64,000 bases of DNA from an uncultured Gemmatimonadales bacterium (GCA_963809895.1 CAWELD010000003.1:3360001-3424000); one strand, 5' to 3'. Positions 21,579 to 31,035 are shown, numbered from the stretch's first letter. Numbers and translations: made by a program. The notes: generated by a model from the sequence alone, not told the origin.

Positions 21579-21738
21579 CCGGGGGCTCTTGACCACAGCC
21601 TCTGCGCCCCCGTACCGTCGATCACCGTCGTGGCGAGGCGCGCTCCAAAGGCGCGTCACCGCACCCGGCCGTCGAGGTCGGGGGATCCTCGGAGGCCAGA
21701 CGCATGCCCTTCCACCTCACAGCCCGTCCCGGCACCGC

Positions 21739-22611
21739 ATGAGCCTCTTCCGACGAAGCGGGCCGGGTGTGCAGGTCACGGTGTCCGCGCTGAGCGACGT
21801 GGGGCAGGTGCGAGATCACAACGAGGATCGTTATCTGATCGCGGACCTCACCAGCCGCGAGATCTCCGACGGAGAGGGCCAGCACCGCTACACCCTGGGT
21901 CCCATGGGATCCATCCTGTTGGTGGCCGACGGCATGGGCGGCGCCGCCGCCGGTGAACTGGCCAGCCAGATGGCCAGCGACCTCATCTACGAGCAGCTCG
22001 CCACCGAGTGGTCCTCCGAGTCCTATCCCACCCCGGAGCGCTTCGCGGCCCGCGTGCGCGAGGCCGTGGAGCGCGCGAACAGCCGCATCCACGCCGAATC
22101 CGAGACCCAGCCCCATCTCCAGGGCATGGGCACGACCGCCACCCTGGTGGGCATCCTGGGTCCGCGCCTGCTGGTGAGTCAGGTGGGGGATTCCCGGGCC
22201 TACCTGGTGCGGGAGGGAGAAGCCGTCCAGATCACCCGGGATCAATCGTTCGTGCAGCACCTGCTGGATACGGGACGAGTCTCGGAGGAGGAAGCCTACA
22301 AGATGGCTCCCCAGAACGTGATCCTGCAGGCGCTGGGGCCCGCGCCCACCGTCGAGGTCGTGCAGAGCTGGGAGACGATTCTACAGGGGGATACGGTGCT
22401 GCTGTGCTCAGACGGCCTGTCTGGACTCGTGGGCATCGACGACATCGCGCGCATCGTGAACGACTCGAGCCGCCTGCACCAGGCCTGTCAGGGACTGGTG
22501 GACCTGGCCAACGCGAACGGGGGCCCCGACAACATCACCGTGATTCTGGCCAGCTTCGACGGCGACGGGCTCATGTCGCCCGACGAGGTGGAGCCGCAAG
22601 CGCCCTTCTAG
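21739..22611 (+). CDS. PP2C-type Ser/Thr phosphatase (Stp1/PppA-like), flanking the T6SS
   Basis: R..NED, VADGMGG, GMGTT, VGDSRAY, LCSDGL and GGPDNIT motifs. Confidence 0.93.
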   Translation: MSLFRRSGPGVQVTVSALSDVGQVRDHNEDRYLIADLTSREISDGEGQHRYTLGPMGSILLVADGMGGAAAGELASQMASDLIYEQLATEWSSESYPTPERFAARVREAVERANSRIHAESETQPHLQGMGTTATLVGILGPRLLVSQVGDSRAYLVREGEAVQITRDQSFVQHLLDTGRVSEEEAYKMAPQNVILQALGPAPTVEVVQSWETILQGDTVLLCSDGLSGLVGIDDIARIVNDSSRLHQACQGLVDLANANGGPDNITVILASFDGDGLMSPDEVEPQAPF

Positions 22612-22639
22612 CGTAGCGGCCATTCGCAGCGCGGAGGTC

Positions 22640-23878
22640 TCAGCGTCGCAGGAAAGCCTGTTGCCGGAAGCCCGGCGCCCGGGTCTCGTAGAGGGGCCGC
22701 GCGGGGTCCGACAGAGCGACTTCCAGCGCCGCCGCGTTACGCTGCCGCTGCCGGCCTTCCCGTAGCGCCGTCATGAAGACCTCGGGCGAGTGGGGCTCAC
22801 CGCGCAGGTAGCGGGTGCCCGGCGAAAAGCCGGATCCGTTCCGACCCCACCACTCGCGGAGCAGCTCGGGGTCGGGCCAGGGCAGGTCTTCGTCCACGTC
22901 CAGGGCAACGTCTTCGTCGGCCGGGTCCTCGGTCGGCCCCGCCTCGAAACCCTCCGGCGCATCGGCCTCCAGATCCTCGTAGGCCAGGTCGAGACCCGTG
23001 AGCATGCTGAAGGCCTCGCCAGCCGGCCGGGCCAGCTCCTCGACCGCCATCATGTCGAGGAGCCACGGCACCAGCGCCGGGTCGCCCAGGGCGGTGGCCA
23101 CCTGCACGGCCAGGCGCGCGTGGGGCTCGCTCTCGGCCAGGCTCGCCCACCAGGCGTGGGCACGCTCCAGGGGCATCCTGCGCGCGGCCAGGTCCGTGAC
23201 CTGCACCGCGCGGGCGCCCTCGCCGCCGGCGAGCTCGGCCAGCGCATGAATGGCCTCGACGTCGCCGAGAAGCGCGCCGGACCAGGCGGCCCACATGCGA
23301 ACGTCGCTCTCCTCGGCCGCATAATGGGCCTGGCAATGCGACAACAGGTCGCGCCGGCCCAGCTCGCCCGCCGCCTTCAGCGCTCGGGACTTCGGGGCGC
23401 CCTCCTCGGCCACGATCGCCCGCTGCAGGGCGTCGCCCGGATCGTGCCGGTGCACGGCGGCTCCGCCGATACCGATGCGCCGGAGCATGGGATCCCCGGA
23501 ATCCAGGAGCTCCATGGCCCAGGGGATGGCCTGCTCCGGCGCCAGCCAACCCAGCGCCGAGATGGCTCCCCGGGCCAGCTCCGTGCTCTCCGACGCGACG
23601 GTGAGCGCCTCCTCGAGCCGCTCCCGGCTGCCGGCCTCGAGGGCGAGCAGCGTCGCCATGAAGACCTCGCCCGCCTCCTTCCACCCGAGCTCTTCGCGCA
23701 CGATCTCCCACCCCGGATCGCCGCCGATGCGGAGCCCGTCGACGTGGGCCTCGACCCGCCCGTCCAGGCGCGCCAGGTCTTTCAGATCGTAGTGCGGCGC
23801 CCACACGGCCAGATCGCGGAGGAGCCAGTTGAAGGCCGCCTCCTCGGCGTGCTGGGAGAGGACGAGGGGGATGGTCAT
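22640..23878 (-). CDS. TIGR02270 family HEAT-repeat protein
   Basis: QHAEEAAF.W…R.EAH.DGL, GEAFS..TG.DL, LPWP…WW and TRYL.G motifs. Its position at the end of a DUF2169/DUF4150 cassette is typical. Confidence 0.85.
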   Translation of the reverse strand: MTIPLVLSQHAEEAAFNWLLRDLAVWAPHYDLKDLARLDGRVEAHVDGLRIGGDPGWEIVREELGWKEAGEVFMATLLALEAGSRERLEEALTVASESTELARGAISALGWLAPEQAIPWAMELLDSGDPMLRRIGIGGAAVHRHDPGDALQRAIVAEEGAPKSRALKAAGELGRRDLLSHCQAHYAAEESDVRMWAAWSGALLGDVEAIHALAELAGGEGARAVQVTDLAARRMPLERAHAWWASLAESEPHARLAVQVATALGDPALVPWLLDMMAVEELARPAGEAFSMLTGLDLAYEDLEADAPEGFEAGPTEDPADEDVALDVDEDLPWPDPELLREWWGRNGSGFSPGTRYLRGEPHSPEVFMTALREGRQRQRNAAALEVALSDPARPLYETRAPGFRQQAFLRR

Positions 23879-23892
23879 GGGCGTGGGAGAGC

Positions 23893-24798
23893 TCAGTCGA
23901 TGCGGGACCAGACAGTGCCATCGAACGCCACGAGATCCTTGGCACCGATCGACCAGAGCACTTCGTCCGTGACGGATAGACCATAGCACGTGCCGATGGC
24001 GACATCGCCCGTCTCGACGCGCTCGAGCTCCCCATCACTCAGCCGGAACAACTCGCTCATCGAGGTAAAGTAGAGCGCACCGTCGAACCACCGCACGCCC
24101 CAGAGATCCAGCTCGAGGCCTCCAGTATCGATCTGCTCCCACTGTTCGCCGCGACCGCGCACGAGTGTGCCAGCCTGACCACACGCATAGACACGTCCAT
24201 CGCCGGCACAGCAGACATCGGTAAGGATCAGGTTCGTCGGACTTCCGGCACGATGCCACTCCCGCCCGTCGAACGAATGGATCTCGCCCTTCCAGCCGAC
24301 GCAGTAGAGTTCGTCGATCCCGAAACCGTCGACACCCTCGAACCCGACTGCGCCTTCCTCCTCGGTCGCGCCGAGGTCCGGAGCCAGATCCCTCCATTCG
24401 TTCCGCGCCTCACGACGATAGATCTGACGGCCCATCCCCACGGCATGCATGAGCCCGCCGATCACCCGGCCACCACGGAGGGAGCCTCGGGCCCGGGGGC
24501 CCGTCCACTCGTCGCCGATGGCCTCTTCGTGTTGCTCCCCGCTGCCTGCGACGACCACCTCCCCGTACTCGCCTACGACGATCGCCTGTTCCAAAGGCCT
24601 CCGTAATACCTCCACCGCGGCCGTGTACCATGGCCACGTTCCGATCTGGCCAAATTCGCCGTGGTCCCACTCGGTGATGACCGAATGGGGGATCCGCTCC
24701 TCCGCCATGCTGTCCACCGACAGCGAGACGTACCCGACGTCCGGGTTTCGCACTGCTCCCTTCACGAAGGAGCCGACCTCCGTCAGTTGGCCGGGCAT
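23893..24798 (-). CDS. Putative immunity protein (beta-propeller-like)
   Basis: Directly downstream of the toxin, with a GAGGAGG SD, short beta repeats (FDG..W) and lower GC. Function is inferred from position. Confidence 0.6.
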   Translation of the reverse strand: MPGQLTEVGSFVKGAVRNPDVGYVSLSVDSMAEERIPHSVITEWDHGEFGQIGTWPWYTAAVEVLRRPLEQAIVVGEYGEVVVAGSGEQHEEAIGDEWTGPRARGSLRGGRVIGGLMHAVGMGRQIYRREARNEWRDLAPDLGATEEEGAVGFEGVDGFGIDELYCVGWKGEIHSFDGREWHRAGSPTNLILTDVCCAGDGRVYACGQAGTLVRGRGEQWEQIDTGGLELDLWGVRWFDGALYFTSMSELFRLSDGELERVETGDVAIGTCYGLSVTDEVLWSIGAKDLVAFDGTVWSRID

Positions 24799-24808
24799 CC
24801 GCGCCTCC

Positions 24809-26077
24809 TCAGCATAGTCCCGCCTTCCTCATCCGATTGAAGAGCTCCCTGGAGGCTCTCTCCTGGCAGTTCTGTTTGGCGAATTCGACCTCGTGAAGAT
24901 CGGTCTTTCCGGCCTCGACGGCCTTGATCTTCGTCTTGTCGTCTACGCCGCCCTGGTTGTGATAGGCATCCAACTGGCTCTCGATGCAGTCAGGGTCACA
25001 CCCGGCCAGGGGGAAGACCTCTTTCATCGCTTGTTTCGCGTTTTCCTTGGCCTGCTTGTAGGTCACGGTCTTGTGTGTGCCTGTGCTTCCATCCGCGAAG
25101 TGCAGCAGACCTTCTTCGGCATTCTGGTTGTTGTAGCTCTGCAGGGTGTGCATGAACCCATGGGTACCGACGTTCTGTGTCGGCCCCTCCGCGCAAACGC
25201 ACGGGGCGCTGTCTTCCTCGTATCTCACTTCGTCGTCCTCCACCAACGCCTCGATGGCGATGGATTCGACCTTCCTCTTCTTCCCGTCCGACCCTTTGCG
25301 CGTCACGGGCTTGCCTCGACCGACATTGAAGAACGCGCTGGCTTCGACGAGATGGTGTGGAGTCTGGCCCGGACAGCAACCGTTCGGCTTGTAGGTCTGA
25401 AGACTGCATCGTCGAACGCTGATGCACTGATTGGCCTCAGCGCGATCCGCGGCTTCCAGGGCGTCCCGACGGTTCTTGGCCACCCCGCCGGGCGTATCGA
25501 TCTCCATGTCGTACTCTCGGCCCGGCTTCTCCATGAGACCGGCGTCCTCGCAGACGTCCTTGTCCCCATGCGGCTTGTATTCCTTGCACGCGTTGTACTC
25601 GCGCTTCATGTCCTTCACGCACGGGTCGTCGAGGCTCACGGCCATCTGGTCCGTATACGGCCAAACCGCCGTATTCCCCGGCACCGACGCGTGATTGTGC
25701 GTCGTCAGATCCAGGTGCCGAACCACGTTCTCGCCCTCGACCTTCACGTCCATGGACCAGGCGTTGAAGTAGACCTTGCCGCGGTTCACGCTGGTGACGA
25801 CGCCCTTCTTGGTGGCCGAGCCTGCCTCGTCTCCGGTGCTCTTCTTGAAGTAGGACTTGTTCTTGAGCATGACCTCCTTGTCGGAGATCTTGACCTTCTT
25901 GCTGCCCGACGTGGTGTCGCTCGCCATTCCCGTGTTCGGATAGGGAATAGGCACACCGGGCGGCGTCGTGGGATTCTCCGGTGGCGTCATGCAGACGTCG
26001 GGAAAGCTCGCGATGGACTTCCCGTCGCCCGCCTTGCAGGAGATCTCCCTCCCGTTGGCGAAGACGTTGTTCGCCAT
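24809..26077 (-). CDS. PAAR-like (DUF4150, PIPY motif) spike tip fused to a GHH2/HNH-type nuclease toxin
   Basis: N-term FPDVC.TPP…PIPYPN…STGDEAG…SMDVK.EG.NV.R..D.TTHNH. C-term CCPGQTPHHLV…APCVCAEG…THGFMH…CDPDCI..QLDAYH. Confidence 0.85.
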   Translation of the reverse strand: MANNVFANGREISCKAGDGKSIASFPDVCMTPPENPTTPPGVPIPYPNTGMASDTTSGSKKVKISDKEVMLKNKSYFKKSTGDEAGSATKKGVVTSVNRGKVYFNAWSMDVKVEGENVVRHLDLTTHNHASVPGNTAVWPYTDQMAVSLDDPCVKDMKREYNACKEYKPHGDKDVCEDAGLMEKPGREYDMEIDTPGGVAKNRRDALEAADRAEANQCISVRRCSLQTYKPNGCCPGQTPHHLVEASAFFNVGRGKPVTRKGSDGKKRKVESIAIEALVEDDEVRYEEDSAPCVCAEGPTQNVGTHGFMHTLQSYNNQNAEEGLLHFADGSTGTHKTVTYKQAKENAKQAMKEVFPLAGCDPDCIESQLDAYHNQGGVDDKTKIKAVEAGKTDLHEVEFAKQNCQERASRELFNRMRKAGLC

Positions 26078-27096
26078 CAGGCGGCCTCCGTCGACGCGTC
26101 CAGGAGAAACGCTCCCCGCTCGGCACCGTCGCCGCTGACGTGGGCCAGCACGCGCCGGCCGGGAGCCCAGTCCTTGGCCATGGCCGACTGAATCACGGAC
26201 ACCATGATCGGCACCGCCGCGGCCCCGGTCTCACCCACGCAATCGGCGGGATGCCAGAGGTCATACTCCTCCTTGCGGGTCCGGAGCACCCGGGTGAGCG
26301 CCAGCGCAGCCTCCTTGAAGCCGAACTGCTCGCCGCTCAGGTCCGTGATGCGGAAGTCGGTGTGCCCGAGCTTCCAGCCGGCATCGTCCAGCGCGGCGCG
26401 GAAAGCCTGCACGAGGCCATCGGCTCGGTTGGGCTCGCCCGATCCGCGGGGCGCGGGCTCCATGCCGTAGCCGACGCCGATGCAGCGGACCGTACCGCCG
26501 GACCCGACGGGGCCCACGAGCACCGCGGCCGCGGCCTCGCCGGGAATGAAGCCGTCGGAGTTCTCGGCGGTGAGCAGGCGGTGCTGCCGGTGCCAGCCGT
26601 CCAGCGAGCGAGCCACCAGGAGCGAATCGGCGCCGGCCACGAGGCAGCGCGGCACGCCCTCGGCCAGCACGCGCCGCGAATAGTCCAGGGCCTGCACACC
26701 TCCGATACGACCGTTGGAGAACACCCGTGACCAGGGGTGGAAACGCACCTGCAAGCGCTCCTCCACCGCCCGGATCAGGCTGTCGTCCAACCCCGCGAGC
26801 CTGCCGGGTCGGTCCTCTTCAGGCAAACTCAGGAGCAGCGGCACATCGCCGGGCCGGGCTCCTTCAAGCCCTTCGATGCACTCGCCCACCGCCGAGGTCA
26901 CCATGTGGAGCAGCTTTTCACGGCCCCGCCACGGTTCTTCGAGCGGCACTTCGCATCCCAGGAGCCACTGGCCGTCGAACATGAAGCGGGTCTCCTCGAA
27001 GGCCGAGATGCCGGCGCGGATCGCGGCGCACGCGGCGGGCGCACTCAGCCCGACGCCGGTGACCATGCCGGTCCGGAGGATCTCCACGGCATTCAC
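26077..27096 (-). CDS. Thiolase/3-oxoacyl-ACP-synthase-like protein (PRK06147 type); alternative in-frame GTG start at 27231
   Basis: GMVTGVGL.A.A.CAAIRAG, GFIPGEAAAA, DL.GE…KE and HPA.C.GE.GAA motifs. The KAS catalytic Cys position reads NGRIGG. Confidence 0.85.
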   Translation of the reverse strand: MNAVEILRTGMVTGVGLSAPAACAAIRAGISAFEETRFMFDGQWLLGCEVPLEEPWRGREKLLHMVTSAVGECIEGLEGARPGDVPLLLSLPEEDRPGRLAGLDDSLIRAVEERLQVRFHPWSRVFSNGRIGGVQALDYSRRVLAEGVPRCLVAGADSLLVARSLDGWHRQHRLLTAENSDGFIPGEAAAAVLVGPVGSGGTVRCIGVGYGMEPAPRGSGEPNRADGLVQAFRAALDDAGWKLGHTDFRITDLSGEQFGFKEAALALTRVLRTRKEEYDLWHPADCVGETGAAAVPIMVSVIQSAMAKDWAPGRRVLAHVSGDGAERGAFLLDASTEAA

Positions 27097-27127
27097 CGCG
27101 AATCCCCGCGACCTGACACCCATCCGA

Positions 27128-27203
27128 CGTTTCAGCTGAAACGCGGGAGCGGCGCGCGGCCCATCCGCGGTCTGATACCGCCCTGACGTTTCAGCTGAAA
27201 CGT
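27128..27203. repeat. Two identical perfect 16-bp palindromes CGTTTCAGCTGAAACG, 59 bp apart (parS-like)
   Basis: Copies at 27128-27143 and 27187-27202. The second extends to the 18-bp palindrome ACGTTTCAGCTGAAACGT. Confidence 0.9.
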
Positions 27204-27227
27204 GCCGGCACGGGTGGAAGGCGGCCC

Positions 27228-28329
27228 TCACTCTTCCTCCTCCGCACGCGCAGCCACCAGCGCGCCGAGGCCGGCGTAGTAGGTCTTTCCCAGCGACCGC
27301 GCCCGGTACCAGCCCCGGGGCATGCGGCCCACCACGCATTGATTGAGCTCGAAGATGTTCTCGCGGAGGGGGCGCGACGCGCGCCACAGCACCATGAAGC
27401 GCCGCTGATCGGGCTCGATGATGACCGTGTCCATCACCGCCTGCTTCTCCTCGCGCTCGAACTCCCGGTCGGTGAACTCCACGGGCACCTGCAAACGGGG
27501 TAGCGGAAACACGGTGCGCCCTTCGGGAGTCAGCCCCGTGAGCTCGACCCACTCTCCGCCCCGGGGATGCTCCATCTGCTGATCCGCCGGCGCGCTCTGG
27601 AAGTAGAGGGGATCGAAATCCTCGGGCAGGAAGGGAAAGACGTTGTCGATCCAGTCCTGGTCGTAGGTGCCCTCCGAGGGGATAGCGCTCCTTGAACTGG
27701 CGCCCCACGACCCCGAACGACATGGGCCGGAAGCTGCCGGTGCGGTCGCTCACGGGCTGGCCCATCTCCTGGGTGTTGGGAAGCGGGCGCCCGATGATGG
27801 CCGGTCCGGCGAGAGGATAGAAGCCCACCCCCACCGGATTCTCCATGAAGGCCTCCACCCGCTCCGGATCCTCGGGATCGGCGTCCACCCCGCCCCAGGC
27901 CCGGTCGTAGGTGATGGGCATGGTGGTGAAGGGCTGATGCGACCCGGGCGTGGGGCCCAGCGCGCCGTCCTCCCAGATCCGGTCGCCCACCACGTCGAAG
28001 AACTTCTCGATGGTGCCCACGCGGAGCCCCACGGTCACCTGGTAGGCGGGCACGCCGTCCGGCGCGTGGGCACTGCCGTTGACCAGCACGTCGCAGCGAG
28101 GCTTCACAGGCGCGAAGTCGGACTCGTAGGTCACCGCACTGAGCCCCGGCTCGCCGGTGAACTCGTCGGCCATCACCAGCTCCACCTGCTCCTCGGCCAG
28201 CCTGGGCTCCTCCCCCTCGGGCGGGAACGCGAAGGTCCCTTTCACCACCACCACCACGCGCTCCCGGCCGTCGGGATCGAGGCCGAGCGTGTAGCCGGCC
28301 TCCATGCCGGTGGCGTTGAGAAGCTCCAT
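27228..28329 (-). CDS. DUF2169 family T6SS adaptor/chaperone, with a +1 frameshift at about 27671
   Basis: VVVKGTF, ESDFAP.KP..DV, V.GDR.W and NPVG.G motifs. Deleting one G in 'ctc gga ggg cac' restores GTYDQDW…PFLPEDFDPLYFQSAPADQQ and joins ORF 27228..27575. Confidence 0.85.
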
Positions 28330-28369
28330 GGGCGGGTCGAAGGGTGGAGGGAGGGAGAGGGAGAGGGCG

Positions 28370-28870
28370 TCAGTTGATCTGGACGGATCCGCCCTTGATG
28401 CGGTTCACGCCCGACGACCGGCTGAGCAGGTAGCGGCCACGGATGAGGATCTTGCCGGCGCGGGTGAGGGTGAGGCTGGCCTTCCCGCAGCGGAGCACGA
28501 TCTCGCGGTCGGCGGTGAGGACCAGACGCTCGCCGTCCACCTGCGCCTGCACCTCCCCGGCCTCCGCCTGCTCCGGCTCCACGACGGCATGTGTGTCCGC
28601 ATCCTCCTCGACATCAACGCCCACACCCGCGGGATGCTGGATGAAGCCCAGCACGATGGGGCGCTCCGGATCACCGCCCTCGAAGGCCAGCGCGACCTGG
28701 CGCCCCACGTCCTCCTCCGCGCTGGCCACGGTGGCCAGGGCGGACAGGGGCCCACCGGTGGGGTTCCCCGCATAGTCCACCAGGCACTCCGTGCGCTCCC
28801 CCGAGCGCACCAGCCGCCCGATCACCACGCCCTCCAGCCGGGTGGACGTACTCCGTTCCGTGGTCGCCAT
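28370..28870 (-). CDS. DUF6484-type VgrG-cassette protein
   Basis: FEGGDPERP.VLG (gp5 OB-like) and C-terminal CGKAS.TLTRAGKI.IRG.Y..SRSSG.NRIKGGSVQIN. Confidence 0.8.
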   Translation of the reverse strand: MATTERSTSTRLEGVVIGRLVRSGERTECLVDYAGNPTGGPLSALATVASAEEDVGRQVALAFEGGDPERPIVLGFIQHPAGVGVDVEEDADTHAVVEPEQAEAGEVQAQVDGERLVLTADREIVLRCGKASLTLTRAGKILIRGRYLLSRSSGVNRIKGGSVQIN

Positions 28871-28880
28871 CCTCGCCGCC

Positions 28881-30992
28881 TCAGTTCTGCAGGATCTTCT
28901 TGCCCTTCATGGTGATGTTCTTCGACGCCTTCACGTCGATCTTGCCCGAGCCGTCCACCGACAGGTCCTTCCCCTTGATGGAGATGGTCCCGTCCTTCTT
29001 CATGACGATGCTGGCTTTGCCGGTCTTGATGATGATCTCGTCACCGGCCTCGATGGTGAGCTTCTTGCCCACCGTGAGGGAGTCGTCGTCTCCCACCGAG
29101 GTGGAGCGGTTGGCGCCCACGTCGACCGACTGGTCGCTGCCCACGGACACCGACTCCTCGTTGCCCACCCTGGTGCTCTGATTGATCCCCACCGTGACGT
29201 TGCGCTCGCCACCGACCGTGACTTCCTGAGCGGCTCCCACGGTGACGGACTCGTTGATCCCCACCATGCGCGTACGGTTCTGGGCCACGGTGATCGACTC
29301 GCTCTGACCCACCGTCTCGGTGCGGTTGGAGCCGATGTCGATGGTCTCGTTGTTGCCCACCGACTCGGTGCGATCGTTGCCGATGGTGATGGTCTCGTTG
29401 TTGCCGACGTCTTCCGTACGATCGTTGCCGATGGAGATGGTCTCGTCGTGGCCCACCGACTCGTTGCGGTCGTTCTCCACCACCACCGTCTTGTTCTTTT
29501 CCGCATGGATGTAGAGCTCCTCGCTCCCCTTCTTGTCCTCCATGCGGATCTCGTTGAAGTTGTCCGCCCCCCCACCCAGCGAGCTCCTGGACTTCACCCC
29601 GCTCTGCGTACGGTTGGCCGGCAGGCCGTAGGGCACGGTCTGTTCGGCGTTGTAGACCCTGCCGGTGATGATGGGGCGGTCCGGGTCGCCCTCGAGAAAC
29701 TCGACGATGACCTCCTGGCCCATGCGGGGGATGTGGATCCCACCCCAGCTCTTGCCGGCCCAGGGGTACGAGACCCGCACCCAGCAGGAGCTGTTCTGGT
29801 CCTTGCCGCCGATCCGATCCCAGTAGAACTGGACCTTCACACGGCCATATTCGTCGGTGAAGATCTCCTCGCCCGACTTTCCCACCACCAGTGCCGTCTG
29901 CGAGCCGTGGATGCGCGGCTTGCGGGCACGGTGCGGCGGCCTGAACGGCGTGCTGAAGGGGATGGCCACGAAGTCGTTGCGATACTCCACCGTGGCCGAC
30001 TCCCAGGTACGGTAGTCGCCACCGTCGGCGTGATGCGTCACGTGCAGGAGCAGGTAATCCGTGTTCGCATCGGGCCGGTAGTGCTCCTCCAGCCCGAACT
30101 TGTAGCCACTGGTGAAGCCCCGGCAGTTCGCGCTGCCCCGCACCACCTGCCGTCCGCACTCACCCTCCTCGAGGATGAGCTGCGCGTAGCGCTCCCCTTC
30201 ACCCAGATCCAGGTAACGTCCGGGGTAGTCGTAGACCTCCTCGCCGTTCTCGCCGCTCGCCCCCGTTTCCAGGTTCAGCGACGGGCGCGTGAAGTCGTAA
30301 TCACGCAGGGTGACCTGACCGATGTGCACCGCCGATTCCACCTCCAGCGTGCGCACCACCTCTTCGTCCTGCCACGGGCCCTCGTCGGTGGCCATGCGCG
30401 CCGTCTCCTGGCCCGGGCACGGCTGGCAGGTACTGTTGGCGTCGGCGATGACCAGCAGGTGCTTGTCGTCGGAATGCTCGAAGTAGAAGAAGATCCCCTC
30501 TTCTTCGAAGAGCCGCGTGACGAAGTTGAAGTGGGATTCGCGGTACTGGACGCAGTACTCCCGGGGTGCGTAGCTCCCGGAGCAGCGCACTTCGTAGTCC
30601 GTGTATCCCAGCCCGTCGAAGACCTCCTGCGCGATCTCCAGCACGGTCTTCTGCTGGAAGATCTTGCAGTCCTGAGACAGCTTCAGGAACCAGAGCCAGG
30701 GCACGACCTCGGCCTGGTAGACCGTGAGGTCCTCGCGCTGCCCTCGTTGGACGAATCGTCGCACCAGGCCGTGGATCTTCCGCTCCTGGTCGAGATGCGT
30801 GATGGTCACCACCACGGGCTCGCGCAGAAGGCTGGCCGGATCGATGGAATCGTCTTCGGAGAGCAGGTCGAGGGTGAAGGCGAAGGGAATGGACATGCCC
30901 TCCTCACCCCCCATGCCCTGCAACAGCAGGACATCGGTATCGAGCGGCGTGTCGACCCGGATCGCCCGTCCTTCCTGCGAGAATCTACCCAT
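28881..30992 (-). CDS. vgrG: T6SS spike protein VgrG with Gp5 C-terminal beta-helix
   Basis: REYCVQYRES, EEEGIFFYF, DEYGRVKVQF.W, PR.GQEV.V.FLEGDPDRP and F(N)E.R.EDKKG.E motifs. Confidence 0.97.
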   Translation of the reverse strand: MGRFSQEGRAIRVDTPLDTDVLLLQGMGGEEGMSIPFAFTLDLLSEDDSIDPASLLREPVVVTITHLDQERKIHGLVRRFVQRGQREDLTVYQAEVVPWLWFLKLSQDCKIFQQKTVLEIAQEVFDGLGYTDYEVRCSGSYAPREYCVQYRESHFNFVTRLFEEEGIFFYFEHSDDKHLLVIADANSTCQPCPGQETARMATDEGPWQDEEVVRTLEVESAVHIGQVTLRDYDFTRPSLNLETGASGENGEEVYDYPGRYLDLGEGERYAQLILEEGECGRQVVRGSANCRGFTSGYKFGLEEHYRPDANTDYLLLHVTHHADGGDYRTWESATVEYRNDFVAIPFSTPFRPPHRARKPRIHGSQTALVVGKSGEEIFTDEYGRVKVQFYWDRIGGKDQNSSCWVRVSYPWAGKSWGGIHIPRMGQEVIVEFLEGDPDRPIITGRVYNAEQTVPYGLPANRTQSGVKSRSSLGGGADNFNEIRMEDKKGSEELYIHAEKNKTVVVENDRNESVGHDETISIGNDRTEDVGNNETITIGNDRTESVGNNETIDIGSNRTETVGQSESITVAQNRTRMVGINESVTVGAAQEVTVGGERNVTVGINQSTRVGNEESVSVGSDQSVDVGANRSTSVGDDDSLTVGKKLTIEAGDEIIIKTGKASIVMKKDGTISIKGKDLSVDGSGKIDVKASKNITMKGKKILQN
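29060..29490 (-). repeat. Gp5_C 8-residue tandem repeats in VgrG (about 17-18 units, xxxxVGxx)
   Basis: RNESVGHD ETISIGND RTEDVGNN ETITIGND RTESVGNN … RSTSVGDD DSLTVGKK. Confidence 0.85.
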
Positions 30993-31035
30993 CCCTCCGC
31001 CTGTGTCCGGTGGATCGCATGCTCCTCACCCGCGC

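Noticed and set aside
21579..21738. Genomic island boundary (att site, integrase, tRNA) at the left edge of the T6SS
   Set aside because: No tRNA, integrase or direct repeat was seen, and the T6SS core has host-like GC and codon style. Only a weak TTGACC-N18-TACCGT promoter candidate is present.
26077..27096. Fatty-acid or polyketide biosynthesis gene cluster
   Set aside because: The thiolase-fold protein lacks the catalytic Cys, there are no ACP or AT genes, and the context is the DUF2169/DUF4150 T6SS cassette.
27128..27203. Mini CRISPR array
   Set aside because: There are only two 16-18-bp units, each a perfect palindrome without a loop, and no cas genes.
26077..28329. 750-aa ORF as a genuine DUF2169-thiolase fusion
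   Set aside because: The middle part is off-frame nonsense. A one-base correction restores a normal DUF2169 ending at 27228 and a separate thiolase-like gene.
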